NCBI GenBank assembly: GCA_013387215.1
Contig: WARW01000019.1
Location: 22,717-86,716 of the forward strand
Origin: Patescibacteria group bacterium
GTDB lineage: Bacteria > Patescibacteriota > Microgenomatia > UBA12405
DNA length: 64,000 nucleotides
Direction of reading: 5' to 3'
Shown here: positions 47,096-57,748 of the stretch, piece after piece
How positions within the stretch are numbered: position 1 is the stretch's first letter
Layout: each line of letters starts with the position of its first letter
Translations under genes and position numbers: made by a program
Notes under the pieces: model-generated
Told to the model about the DNA's origin: nothing
Seen by the model: the letters and a program-made list of their open reading frames with translations, nothing else
Database searches by the model: none

Positions 47096-47929
47096 TTAGC
47101 ACTTCTCTTGATTACTTGTCAACACTTTCAACGTAAAGATAGGCAAAACAAGCTGTCGTTTAAATCTTTTTGGTTCTTTGATTAATGAATACAGCCATTC
47201 CATCCCTGCTTTTCGCCATATTTCAGGCGCTCTTTTAAGATCTCCGCTGTAATAATCAAAGCTTCTCCCCACTCCCATAACGATACCGATATTCAATTTA
47301 GCTAAATTATTTTCTATCCATTCCTCCTGCTTTTTCATTCCATAAGCCACAAATAAAAAATCTGGTTTCATCTTATTTATTTCTTCAATTATTTTAGAAT
47401 TTTCGAATTTAGGTTCGCCTTCAGAATACCCCGTTTTTAACTTCTTATTTTTAGTACTGTATTTTTCTTGAAAAAACTGGGCCGTTCTTTCGGCTCTATC
47501 ATTCCATCCTCCTAAAAAATATACTGATCCGTTTCTTTCAAAAGCCATCTTGCAAAATTCATCTACAAGATCACTTCCTGAAGCTAATTCATTTTTGAAC
47601 TCGCCGCCTAAAATCTTCAATCCAGTTGTTAATCCTACCGACAATCTTCTTAAAATTCCTCTTTCTTTAATCACTCTTCTTGCCCAAACCAAACCAATTC
47701 CATCGACCACATTTAGGTCGGTTTTCTTCAAAATCTTTAAAAAATTCTCATCAATTGTGGTCTTAACCACAAATTCTGGGTTCACGGTAGCAATCCATTT
47801 GTCTTTTTGTTTATTATCTAACCAATTCTCCACTATCCTTAGCACTCCCGCTCTGTCTCTGCCACATAACGGCGTTTCCCAAATTTCCCAGTTGTTTTCA
47901 TTCATTTCTTCTCTTTTCACTATCTTCAT
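47096..47929 (-). CDS. WecB/TagA/CpsF family glycosyltransferase
   Basis: TVNPEF, DGIG, KQEEWI, GVG.SFD and GMEWLY motifs; start uncertain (ORF extends to 47998). Confidence 0.92.
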   Translation of the reverse strand: MKIVKREEMNENNWEIWETPLCGRDRAGVLRIVENWLDNKQKDKWIATVNPEFVVKTTIDENFLKILKKTDLNVVDGIGLVWARRVIKERGILRRLSVGLTTGLKILGGEFKNELASGSDLVDEFCKMAFERNGSVYFLGGWNDRAERTAQFFQEKYSTKNKKLKTGYSEGEPKFENSKIIEEINKMKPDFLFVAYGMKKQEEWIENNLAKLNIGIVMGVGRSFDYYSGDLKRAPEIWRKAGMEWLYSLIKEPKRFKRQLVLPIFTLKVLTSNQEKC

Positions 47930-48600
47930 TTTAGCAAAAAAATGCAATTTAGCGCTTATCAAAAAATTTAGGTTCAAAAAAAACTTCTTTATGCTCAAAA
48001 AAATTTACCAAAAAGCCAAAAAAAGGTCGCTAAAAAAATATTCCTCAAAAAAAATCTAAAAATATTTTCTAAATGTATCATAGTTACACATCAATAATAC
48101 TATATTTCTATACTTTTATAAGATAAAGTTTACAAATATATCACCCTTGGTTAACTCGATCACTATAAGTTAATTGAAATTGATATTAAAATTTCCATAT
48201 TTATTCATTTTGAACAAAATATTTACTCTGAAATAATACCTAAAATAGGGATAATAAATATAAATAATCAAAATTATATAAAATAATCTAATTACTGATA
48301 TATAAGATAAAAAATCAAAAAAATTAATCAAATATTTTGAAAATTATAACCTAAAATATTTCCCATTTTATAATCAAAAAATATAGTAAATAATCACAAA
48401 ATACATAGATTTTTTTTGAATCTCCCGCACCTCTCGCACTTCAGTTTAAAGCTAAAATCTACTTGTTCAGTCTGAAAATAATTTCTCAAAACACGTATAT
48501 TTATACATATTCAATACATCTAAATTAATGGTTTTTCTTTCTTTGTTTAAGATAGCTTAATATACCTATTGATACAGTAAACGATCTATAAAGATACGAT

Positions 48601-49605
48601 TTAACGTATTGCCCTTCGATATACTTCCAGGTTTTCAACTGCTATTCCAGTTCCTTTGATTACACAAAATTGTGGTTCCAATGCCACATGGGCTGACACC
48701 CCAATTTCTCGAGTTACTAAGGTGTTAAAGTTTTTTAATTGTGATGTTCCACCGCTTAAGACAATTCCCCTGTCAGCAATATCGGCCACTAATTCTGGCG
48801 GTGTAATTTCCAAAGTGTCTCTTATCGCCATTATGATCAAATCCAACATTGGCTTAATTGCTTCATAAACACTATCCGAATCGATACAAATATTTTTAGG
48901 TAGTCCATAAACCGAATCCCGGCCATTAATTTCAATTGTTTCCACCTTTTTAGGCTTAATTGCTGAACCCAATTGTATTTTAATATTTTCTGCTGTTTGT
49001 TCACCAATAACCAAATTATGCTTTTTCTTCAAAAAATCCATAATGGCACTGTCCAACTTATTTCCGCCAATCTTTACACTTTTATGAGTTACCACACCGC
49101 CCAATGAAATTACTGCTGCTTCGGCAGCGCCGCCGCCTATGTCTACAATCATATTTCCATATGATTCCGACACGGGAATTTTGGCTCCTATAGCAGCTGC
49201 TAATGGTTCATCGATAAGATAGGCTTTCTTAGCTCCGGCTGCCAAAGTGGCATCCAAAACCGCCCGTTGTTCCACCTGAGTCACCCCTGCTGGCACACAA
49301 ACCATAACTTCAGGACCAAAAAACCAATTAGTTCCCATTACCTGCCTCATAAAATAACGAAGCATGGCCTCTGTTACTTCATAATCAGCAATTACCCCAT
49401 CTTCCAAAGGTTTTATTACTTCTATATATTCTGGTGTTTTTCCTAACATTTTTTTTGCTTCATTTCCTACAGCCAATACTTTTCTATCTTCAATTCCGAC
49501 TGCTACTACTGTAGGTTCATTTAAAACAATCCCCGCGCCTGCTTCCCAGACTACAGAATTAGCTGTTCCTAAATCAATTGCTAACTTCTTAAATAATTTC
49601 ATCAT
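48601..49605 (-). CDS. mreB: Rod shape-determining protein MreB/Mbl
   Basis: IDLGTAN, EPTVVA, PL.DGVIAD, EPLAAAIGA and DIGGG motifs. Confidence 0.95.
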   Translation of the reverse strand: MMKLFKKLAIDLGTANSVVWEAGAGIVLNEPTVVAVGIEDRKVLAVGNEAKKMLGKTPEYIEVIKPLEDGVIADYEVTEAMLRYFMRQVMGTNWFFGPEVMVCVPAGVTQVEQRAVLDATLAAGAKKAYLIDEPLAAAIGAKIPVSESYGNMIVDIGGGAAEAAVISLGGVVTHKSVKIGGNKLDSAIMDFLKKKHNLVIGEQTAENIKIQLGSAIKPKKVETIEINGRDSVYGLPKNICIDSDSVYEAIKPMLDLIIMAIRDTLEITPPELVADIADRGIVLSGGTSQLKNFNTLVTREIGVSAHVALEPQFCVIKGTGIAVENLEVYRRAIR

Positions 49606-49653
49606 TTCATTTTAACAATAAACTTTTCACTTTTAACTAAGCTATAATATGTC

Positions 49654-50859
49654 ATGGCAAATCCTTCTGACAAAAAAAGTATCATCATCATAATCTTGGT
49701 ACTCCTTCTTATTGTAAGTTCCACTTATTTTATTTCCATGTTCGCCCGGGGATACCAGGTTAACTTCAATAAAGGACCAGGTCTCACAGCGACAGGTATC
49801 TTATCTGCTACCTCTAAACCCAAAGGTGCTTCTGTTTATATCAACGACCGCCTCGTTACTGCTACTGATGACACTATCAACTTAACTCCAGACACATATA
49901 CTATAAAAATAGTCATGGATGGATATTTACCATGGCAAAAAACCGTCTCTATCAAAAAAGAAGTTGTCTATCAAACCGACACTCAACTCTTCCGCTCTGT
50001 TCCTGATCTAAAACCAATAACTGTTACTGGTGCTGTTAATCCTACTGTTAATCCCGATATGACTCAGATTGCTTACTCTGTTGCCTCAGCTTCAGCTTCC
50101 AAAGATAATGGATTATATTTAATTCAGCTTACCGACAATCCAATTCTAATCAGCCGCAACACTCCTCGCCAGCTTAGTCCAAATCTTCCTGGAATTGATT
50201 GGGCAAAATTCACTTTTACTTTTTCTCCTGATTCTCGCCAGATCTTAGCCACCAATAAGACCTCCAATATCTCTTATCTTTTAACCCTAGATTCGGCTAT
50301 TTCTCAAAAAAATCTTTATGATGTCACCCCTCGTTTAGGCTTAATTCAAGAAGATTGGAATAATCAGAATCAACAATTAATTGCTAGTAAACTTGAAAGA
50401 CTTCCTAAGGCTTTAAGAACCATGGTTTCCACTGATTCTGCCAAAAATATCACCTTTTCTTCAGACGACAATCGTGTTCTATACCTGGCTAAAGCCGACA
50501 ATAATATTCCTCAAAATTTAATCACTCCTCCTCCAGCTCAAAGCACTCAAACTCAAAATCGTGATCTTAAAAAGGACAATTACTACGTTTATGACATTAA
50601 GGATGACACTAATTTCCTAATTGGTCCAAACACCAGTATTTCCAATCCATTTTGGCTTCCAAACTCCAACAGTATCGTTTTTGTTGAAGAAAACAACATT
50701 AAAGTGATTGAATACGATGGCACCAATAAACAATCTCTCTTCGCTGGTAGCTTTGATCCTAAAGTCGTCTATCCTTGGTCTGATGGCTCTAGAATAGTGA
50801 CTCTCACTTCTCCATACACAAGCGCTCCAGAGAACCTTTACGCCATTTCCATTAAATAA
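49654..50859 (+). CDS. PEGA domain protein with C-terminal beta-propeller-like region
   Basis: TM helix, then SKPKGASVYIND...GYLPWQK PEGA pattern; FSPDSRQ. Confidence 0.85.
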   Translation: MANPSDKKSIIIIILVLLLIVSSTYFISMFARGYQVNFNKGPGLTATGILSATSKPKGASVYINDRLVTATDDTINLTPDTYTIKIVMDGYLPWQKTVSIKKEVVYQTDTQLFRSVPDLKPITVTGAVNPTVNPDMTQIAYSVASASASKDNGLYLIQLTDNPILISRNTPRQLSPNLPGIDWAKFTFTFSPDSRQILATNKTSNISYLLTLDSAISQKNLYDVTPRLGLIQEDWNNQNQQLIASKLERLPKALRTMVSTDSAKNITFSSDDNRVLYLAKADNNIPQNLITPPPAQSTQTQNRDLKKDNYYVYDIKDDTNFLIGPNTSISNPFWLPNSNSIVFVEENNIKVIEYDGTNKQSLFAGSFDPKVVYPWSDGSRIVTLTSPYTSAPENLYAISIK

Positions 50860-50981
50860 AACGGTCATTATTATCCATCACAAATTTAACCATATTTTTT
50901 GTGATAAATTTTAACTGGAAAATATAGACACCAAAAACACTCTCAACATATTTCACTTCTTCGTCCCATCCGATAAATGTA

Positions 50982-51335
50982 TTACTCGCAGCGGCTGTTT
51001 ATTATCTTTTGAATCATTTGACTGTAATTCTCTTGTTCTGCTTTTGTGATTCCTGGACGGTTCATCAAAGACACTATTTTAGTCAAACCCTTGTCTACAT
51101 CTTTTTCAGACACACACTTAGCTTCCAAAGTATTATTTTGAGATTCAACTACTTGAACATCATTAACCTCGGGCAACTTTACAGTTCCTTCAGTTGACGC
51201 ACCTAAAACAGAAGATGTACTATAATCGAAATAACCTGACTCACCTAACTCGACAAATCTTAAAGGTATTAGAGCTACCATTGCCAAAACAAAACAGACA
51301 ATTAAAGTTCTACAGGTTCTATCATTGTTAGTCAT
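50982..51335 (-). CDS. Small membrane-anchored hypothetical protein
   Basis: TM helix followed by VLGAST. Confidence 0.65.
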   Translation of the reverse strand: MTNNDRTCRTLIVCFVLAMVALIPLRFVELGESGYFDYSTSSVLGASTEGTVKLPEVNDVQVVESQNNTLEAKCVSEKDVDKGLTKIVSLMNRPGITKAEQENYSQMIQKIINSRCE

Positions 51336-51693
51336 ACTACATTCAGTCTAAATATATTTTTAAAATAGTCAAGGACTATTTTAAAAAAAGAAAATATATT
51401 ATCCTATAAACAACACAATTTTTATAGAAAATTTTCAAAATTAAAACACCCAAGTCCAACTCTTATATTTGTAACCCAAAACCTCAAAAAATCTTTTTTC
51501 ATGTGTCCTAGCTTTAAACCAAGCCCTAGACAGCCATTATCACTAAACTAAATGTTCTGCTAATTGTCTTATTTCCAAAAAACCTCTAGGATATCAAACA
51601 TCATCTTTTAAACACTTTTAATTACAAAACCTACTTGTGTTAAACAGGCCTTTAGTAAATAGGTTATAATATTTAATATTCCTCAACGAATTT

Positions 51694-51770
51694 CGGGGAT
51701 TGGCGCAATTGGCTAGCGCGCAGCGTTCGGGACGCTGAGGCTGCTGGTTCGAATCCAGTATCCCCGACCA
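51694..51770 (+). tRNA. tRNA-Pro(CGG)
   Basis: Cloverleaf; anticodon arm CAGCG-TTCGGGA-CGCTG; GGTTCGAATCC; encoded CCA. Confidence 0.97.
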
Positions 51771-51855
51771 CATAAAAACTGGTATATTTATTCCATAAAT
51801 AAGACCGTAAAACAGGATAAATCGCACCAGAGGCTCTAGAACGCACAGAATGTTT

Positions 51856-51927
51856 GTCCTTATAGTTCAATGGATAGAACGGCTGCCTCCTAAGCGGCAA
51901 ATCCAGGTCCGATTCCTGGTAGGGACA
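51856..51927 (+). tRNA. tRNA-Arg(CCT)
   Basis: Acceptor stem GTCCTTA/TAGGGAC; anticodon arm GCTGC-CTCCTAA-GCGGC; T-loop TCCGATT; no encoded CCA. Confidence 0.92.
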
Positions 51928-52454
51928 CAAAATATTTATCATTCTCCGCATTTTTTATACCCACAATTTTTGTATTACCGCATCAATTTTACTGATTACC
52001 GCTTATTTACTGAATGAATTTTCTTTACTTTTTCATAATTTCCGCATACTTTTAAACCGCAACAATAGTCAAATAAAACACCTACCTATCTAGATCAAAT
52101 AAGCCTAAAAATAATCATATTTACCGCACCAGGCACACCATGTAACAATTTTTAATGCTCTTATTATTAAAAAAGGCTCTAAATTATATCGTTTGTGAAA
52201 GTATTTTCACCTTTTCACACAAGCCATTTAAAGTGTCTAAAATCTATATCAGACTTACTCAAAATTGCAATATTTTTGCTCATATTTATTACTGTCTTTT
52301 ACTATTTATCCACCGTAGCCTAGCTTGGTAAAATTTATTAAAAAGTCACAAGCAAGCGTTAAATATATTATTCAAAATGCATTAGCAGAAAAAATCTTCA
52401 GTGCTAAATGTTCTGATAATCGCTTGTTAGTATTTTTCGCTTCAAATTTTAGCT

Positions 52455-53699
52455 TTATCGGATCACGGACAGGCTCTTAATTTGCTCTTTTATAAAAATT
52501 TCTTTACTTAAATCTTTTAGTTCTTTTAACTCTGTTTTACTGTATCGATTAAGCTCTATTAAGATCGAATCGACTCTATTTTCTAATAAGAGTTTCTCGC
52601 CAACATAACCTGATATAAAATCAGTTCGATCCATTGCTAGCTGCGTCTTGCCCATCAAAAACTCTTTGGCTCTTTTCAATTCGTCTTCATTTAAAGTGTC
52701 TGCCAAATTTAGCATTTCTTGGATAGATAATTCTTTGGCCTCATCTAGTTTATCCAGCTTTACTCCCGACTGTACTCCTAAAAACCCGGCTTCCTTAAAA
52801 CTATCGGTAACTGGAAACACATAATAAGCCCAAGCTCTGTCTTCCCTTATCTTGTTATACAATCTGGATGAAGTGTTGCCGCTCAAAATTATATCTAAAA
52901 GTTTTAAAGCATACTTTCTTTTGTCATTCCAGGAGATTGCTGGCACTCCAACACAAAAATGACCTTGCTCAATTTCTTTTTTAATAGTCAAACTGCTATT
53001 AGGATTTAAACTTATCTTTACTGCTGGCAACTCTTGAGCATTAGGGTTAACAAAATCTTCAAAACAATCCCTTAAAACTTTTTCTGCCGACTCATCCACA
53101 TTACCGCTGGCTACTATTACAATTTCCTTGGGATTAAAATATTTTTTATGATAGTTAACTAGTTTTTCTCGATTTAATTTAATAATATCTTCTGTCTCTC
53201 CAGAAATGTTCCAGCAGCCGATTTTAGATTGACCATATAAAAATTTCACAAAATCACCCGACAATCCCATCATTGGATTGTCCTGATACATTCTTATCTC
53301 CTCAATTACTACTCCTCTTTCTTTTTCAACTTCTTCCTCAGGAAAGGTTGAATTTAAAAGGATATCGGAAATTACTTCCACTGCCCAAGGTATATTTTCT
53401 TTTATAGTCGTTATATAGTACGAAGTCATTTCGTGGCCCGTTCCCGCATTATATGTGGCACCTTTAGCATCAATCTCATTGTTTATGTCTTTAGCCGTTG
53501 GTCTTCTTTTGGTTCCTTTGAAAGCCATGTGCTCCAAAAAATGACTTAAACCATATTCTTCTTTGTTTTCATATTTGGAACCGATTTTTACAAATACTTC
53601 AATTGTGGCTGACTTCAAACCTGGAATCGGCACAATAGCACCCCGAATTCCGTTTTTTAAAGTAAAAGTATGGTATTTGTCCATCATTTTTTTTGACAA
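52455..53699 (-). CDS. M16 family (pitrilysin-like) zinc peptidase
   Basis: GLSHFLEHMAFKGT (HxxEH), NAGT, ERGVVIEE and SSRL motifs. Confidence 0.93.
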   Translation of the reverse strand: MSKKMMDKYHTFTLKNGIRGAIVPIPGLKSATIEVFVKIGSKYENKEEYGLSHFLEHMAFKGTKRRPTAKDINNEIDAKGATYNAGTGHEMTSYYITTIKENIPWAVEVISDILLNSTFPEEEVEKERGVVIEEIRMYQDNPMMGLSGDFVKFLYGQSKIGCWNISGETEDIIKLNREKLVNYHKKYFNPKEIVIVASGNVDESAEKVLRDCFEDFVNPNAQELPAVKISLNPNSSLTIKKEIEQGHFCVGVPAISWNDKRKYALKLLDIILSGNTSSRLYNKIREDRAWAYYVFPVTDSFKEAGFLGVQSGVKLDKLDEAKELSIQEMLNLADTLNEDELKRAKEFLMGKTQLAMDRTDFISGYVGEKLLLENRVDSILIELNRYSKTELKELKDLSKEIFIKEQIKSLSVIR

Positions 53700-53855
53700 T
53701 GTTTAATTTGATCTTTTCTTCCATCTTTCAATCAATCCGATGCCTCTTAGCAGTCACTTGCTTACTTTGCTTGATACACTTTGAATTATTCTCTTGAACT
53801 AATTAATATGACTATTACTAAATAGTTTATCAACTGAATCATTAATATTCAATCT

Positions 53856-54137
53856 ATGATTTGTTATCATAAAAACTATGCCAAATCCTCCCGCCAAGCC
53901 ACTTTTCTGCTTCTCGGTTTTGCCCTTTTAAGTTTCAGTTTTGAATATGACAAGCACATCATCAATGGACTCAGAGATCAAACCATGGGTTCTCTCATCA
54001 CCGGCCAGGCTCACTATACCGCCGCTCACTGGATAAATTTAATTATCGGCAGTCTCCTGCCAATCATTTTTTATATGACTGGCTGGATTCTAATTTTTAT
54101 TGCCATAATCTTAAACCACCCCAAAAAGCAACCTTAG
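53856..54137 (+). CDS. Small two-TM membrane protein
   Basis: 93 aa, two hydrophobic stretches. Confidence 0.5.
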   Translation: MICYHKNYAKSSRQATFLLLGFALLSFSFEYDKHIINGLRDQTMGSLITGQAHYTAAHWINLIIGSLLPIIFYMTGWILIFIAIILNHPKKQP

Positions 54138-56659
54138 TCTCTTACTACTAAGTTCACCATTTTGCCTGGAACATAAATTTCTTTTACGATACTTTTACCG
54201 GATAACCAGCTTTTAATTTTTTCAGTTTCTTTGGCTGCACTGATTATTTCACTTTGATTGTTTTGGTTTTCAGACTCAATTTCAATTTCATCCCTTACTT
54301 TGCCATTAATGGCGATTGCCACCCTCATCTTATCTTCAACCAAGTACGTTTCGTCTGCCACAGGCCATTTAGCAATATGAACCGAAATTTCATCTTTATC
54401 GTTTTTGATCTTACTCCATTCTTCTTCAGTTGAATAAGGGGCAAAAGGAGCCAACATTTTAACTATATCTTTAAGATATTTCCCGCCAATATATGTCTCA
54501 CCTAAAGCATTTAGCTCGTTTAGTGCTTCCATCATTTTGGCGATAGCCGTATTGTATTTAAAATTATCGGTATCTTCAGTAACCTTTTTAATCAACTTAT
54601 TAATTATCACATCGACTTTTGCATTGCTAGCATTTTCATTATTAATTTGCTTACTTTGCTTGTCAAAATAATTCTGCAGCCTGTCCAAAAATCTTTTAAC
54701 TCCCATTAACGTATTTTCATTCCATGCCATAGTCGAATCGAATGGACCCATAAACATCAAATACATTCGCACGACATCAACTCCATACTTAGTGGACACA
54801 TCTTCTGGAACAATTACATTCCCTCTCGACTTGCTCATTCTTTGATTATCAGGACCCAAAATTACACCATGAGACAATCTTTTATAATAAGGCTCAGGAT
54901 TTTCTTTCGGCATTACTCCCAAATCATATAAAAATTTGTATATAAACCGAGAATAGAGCAAGTGAAGTGTATTATGTTCATCTCCACCCACATAAACATC
55001 AACCGGCATCCAATATTTCATCTTTTCTTGACTAGCTATTTCTGTATCATTATCTGGATCAATATATCTCAAAAAGTACCAATCACTGCCTGCCCAGTTT
55101 GGCATCGTGTCTGTTTCTCTTCGAGCCTTCTTTCCACAAACAGGACAAACTGTATCAACCCAGTTTGATATAGTTGATAAAGGACTTTCTCCATTATCTG
55201 TAGGTTCATATTGTTCCACTTCGGGTAATACTATGGGCAATTGATTCTCTGGCACTGGCTGCCATCCATGTTCTTCACAATAAATCATTGGAATTGGCTC
55301 ACCCCAATAATGTTGTCTTGAAAATATCCAATCACGTAAATGGTATGAAGATGTTTTTTCTCCAATGCCTTTTTCTTTAATCCAAGTAAGCATTTTTTCA
55401 AATGCTGCTGCTGGAGTCAGTCCATTGATTGGTTCAGAATTTATTATCTTGCCATTATCAACATCAGTGTATGGTGCTTTCTCAAAATCCCAACCGCCTT
55501 CTGGTTCGATTACTGGTACTATTTCTAGACCAAACTTTTTAGCAAAATCATAATCTCTTTCATCGTGTGCCGGCACCGACATAATTGCCCCAGTGCCATA
55601 GCTTGCCAAAACGAAATCTGAAATCCAGATTGGAATTTCTTTTCCGTTGACTGGATTAATGGCATATAAACCCGAGAACACTCCAGTCTTATCTTTAGCT
55701 AATTCTGTTCTTTCCATGTCTGATTTACTTCTGGCATTAACTACATATTTTTTTATTTCCTCATTATCCATTAATCTCGAAACTAACTCATGTTCTGGTG
55801 CAATCACCATAAATGTTGCCCCAAAAAGAGTGTCAGGTCTGGTGGTAAAAACTTCCAATTCATGATCTGACGAAGCGTCAATTTTTCGCCCGGAATCATC
55901 CGAAGACGAAGTCTGAGGGCGTGAGGACGATAAAATTGATGCTGAGTTAGGAGATAATTTAAATCTAATTTTGGCACCATCACTTTTGCCAATCCAATTG
56001 ATTTGAGCCTGTTTTACTTTTTCAATAAAATCAGTGTCTTTTAAACCCTCAATTAGTTTGTCGGCATATTCTGTAATTTTTACTACCCATTGAGAAATAG
56101 TTCTTCTTTCAACTTCCGACCCGCATCTTTCACAATGACCATTGACCACTTCTTCATTTGCCAAACCGATTTTGCAGGACGGACACCAGTTAATCGGCAT
56201 CTCTTGTTTGTATGCTAATCCTTTATTATAGAGCTGAATAAAAATCCATTGAGTCCACTTATAATATTTTGGATCTGTCGTGTTCACTTCTCTAGCCCAG
56301 TCAAAAGAAAAAGCTAATGCCTTCATTTGTCTTCTAAACATGTCGGTATTATCTTTAGTTACCTTTTGTGGTTTTTGTTTTGTTTTAATGGCGTAATTTT
56401 CTGTTGGCAATCCGAAAGCATCCCAGCCCATGGGAAACATCACATTAAAACCCTGCATTCTTTTCAATCTGGCATAAACATCAGCGCCAGTAAAACTAAA
56501 AGTATGACCAATGTGAAGTCCAGAACCTGATGGATAAGGGAATTCCACTAAAACATATTTTTTTGTCTTTGACTTATCATTGTCGATGGCATGATAAAGA
56601 TTTGGGTTTTCTTCCCAAAACTTCTGCCACTTTTTCTCAATATCAATAAAGTTTTCCAT
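54134..56659 (-). CDS. leuS: Leucine--tRNA ligase
   Basis: FPYPSGSGLHIGH, GWDAFGLP, FTTRPDT and RMSKS motifs; ATG 56659 preferred. Confidence 0.98.
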   Translation of the reverse strand: MENFIDIEKKWQKFWEENPNLYHAIDNDKSKTKKYVLVEFPYPSGSGLHIGHTFSFTGADVYARLKRMQGFNVMFPMGWDAFGLPTENYAIKTKQKPQKVTKDNTDMFRRQMKALAFSFDWAREVNTTDPKYYKWTQWIFIQLYNKGLAYKQEMPINWCPSCKIGLANEEVVNGHCERCGSEVERRTISQWVVKITEYADKLIEGLKDTDFIEKVKQAQINWIGKSDGAKIRFKLSPNSASILSSSRPQTSSSDDSGRKIDASSDHELEVFTTRPDTLFGATFMVIAPEHELVSRLMDNEEIKKYVVNARSKSDMERTELAKDKTGVFSGLYAINPVNGKEIPIWISDFVLASYGTGAIMSVPAHDERDYDFAKKFGLEIVPVIEPEGGWDFEKAPYTDVDNGKIINSEPINGLTPAAAFEKMLTWIKEKGIGEKTSSYHLRDWIFSRQHYWGEPIPMIYCEEHGWQPVPENQLPIVLPEVEQYEPTDNGESPLSTISNWVDTVCPVCGKKARRETDTMPNWAGSDWYFLRYIDPDNDTEIASQEKMKYWMPVDVYVGGDEHNTLHLLYSRFIYKFLYDLGVMPKENPEPYYKRLSHGVILGPDNQRMSKSRGNVIVPEDVSTKYGVDVVRMYLMFMGPFDSTMAWNENTLMGVKRFLDRLQNYFDKQSKQINNENASNAKVDVIINKLIKKVTEDTDNFKYNTAIAKMMEALNELNALGETYIGGKYLKDIVKMLAPFAPYSTEEEWSKIKNDKDEISVHIAKWPVADETYLVEDKMRVAIAINGKVRDEIEIESENQNNQSEIISAAKETEKIKSWLSGKSIVKEIYVPGKMVNLVVRD
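55867..55950. repeat. Palindromic element inserted in frame in leuS
   Basis: AGCGTCAATTTT 55874-55885 pairs with AAAATTGATGCT 55932-55943; encodes a Ser-rich ~28-aa insert just before EVFTTRPD. Confidence 0.7.
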
Positions 56660-56716
56660 ATGAAAGTATTCTACTATATAAATAGTATTATCGATGATAT
56701 ATTTTACATACATCAT

Positions 56717-57748
56717 ATGTTATCTCTTACAAAGGAAACTCTGATCAAGTTCTCTATTGCTTGTTCAATTAGTTTAACCGTTGGTTTTGTTGTCGGTATT
56801 TTTACTCCCCTTTATTTTAATTCTCAAGACCACGCCATCGAAGTGGTTCATGAAGTCCGAAATCCTCAAAACTATAAATTTATCAACCCACTCTTGGAAT
56901 GCGACTCAGCCAATATTAGTAGAGACCGTAATTTATCCAATCTTCGGAGTCAGCTCAAATCATTTATTGATGAACAAGTAAAAAATAATGTGAATATAAG
57001 CTTCGGCTCTGTTTATTACCGTGATCTTAACAACGGTCCATGGTTAGGGGTTAACCAAGACGAACTCTTTTCCCCTGCCAGCTTAATTAAAGTTCCTTTA
57101 ATGATCGCCTACTACCAAATGGCTCAAGAAAACCCTTCCATCCTTCAAAAAAAGATTCTTAACACTCAAGTCTTTGACCCTAAAGACCAAAATATCCAAC
57201 CAGAGATTTATCTTGAAGCTAATAAGGAATATACGGTTGATGACTTGATCAACCGGATGATTGTTTATTCGGACAATCTAGCCTACAACCTACTCCTCAA
57301 CGATATTGACAATCAAAAAATTTACCAAGTATATAAAGATCTTGGTGTTGATATTTCTAAAGCCAACACTGATCCTAATGGCAATATCCTCACTGTTTCT
57401 CAATACGCTTCATTCTTCCGAATTCTTTTCAATTCTTCTTACCTTGATAAAGACATGTCTGAAAAGGCACTTAATCTCTTAAGTCAAGTTAAATATAATG
57501 AAGCTCTTCCAGCAGGCATCCCAGCCAACATCAAAGTATCCCACAAATTCGGAGAACGCCAATATAATCAAACTGGAGAAAAACAACTCCACGACTGCGG
57601 CATTGTTTATTTACCTAAAAAACCTTATTTGCTTTGCATTATGACCCGGGGTCATAATTTTGAAAAAGAAGCCAATTTTATTAAACAGATTTCCAATCTT
57701 GTTTACCAGGAAGTCAGTAAATCCGCAAACACCGCTAATCTAAATTAA
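56717..57748 (+). CDS. Class A beta-lactamase-like serine hydrolase, membrane anchored
   Basis: ASLIK (SxxK), SDN, HKFG and HDCGIV motifs; ATG 56717 avoids overlap with leuS. Confidence 0.88.
   Translation: MLSLTKETLIKFSIACSISLTVGFVVGIFTPLYFNSQDHAIEVVHEVRNPQNYKFINPLLECDSANISRDRNLSNLRSQLKSFIDEQVKNNVNISFGSVYYRDLNNGPWLGVNQDELFSPASLIKVPLMIAYYQMAQENPSILQKKILNTQVFDPKDQNIQPEIYLEANKEYTVDDLINRMIVYSDNLAYNLLLNDIDNQKIYQVYKDLGVDISKANTDPNGNILTVSQYASFFRILFNSSYLDKDMSEKALNLLSQVKYNEALPAGIPANIKVSHKFGERQYNQTGEKQLHDCGIVYLPKKPYLLCIMTRGHNFEKEANFIKQISNLVYQEVSKSANTANLN

Noticed and set aside
48060-48600. Origin or ncRNA in a very AT-rich gap
   Set aside because: No DnaA boxes, repeats, stable stems or credible ORF seen.
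56717-57748. Bona fide beta-lactam resistance gene
   Set aside because: KFG replaces KTG and the protein is membrane anchored; more likely a cell-wall serine hydrolase, and activity cannot be inferred.
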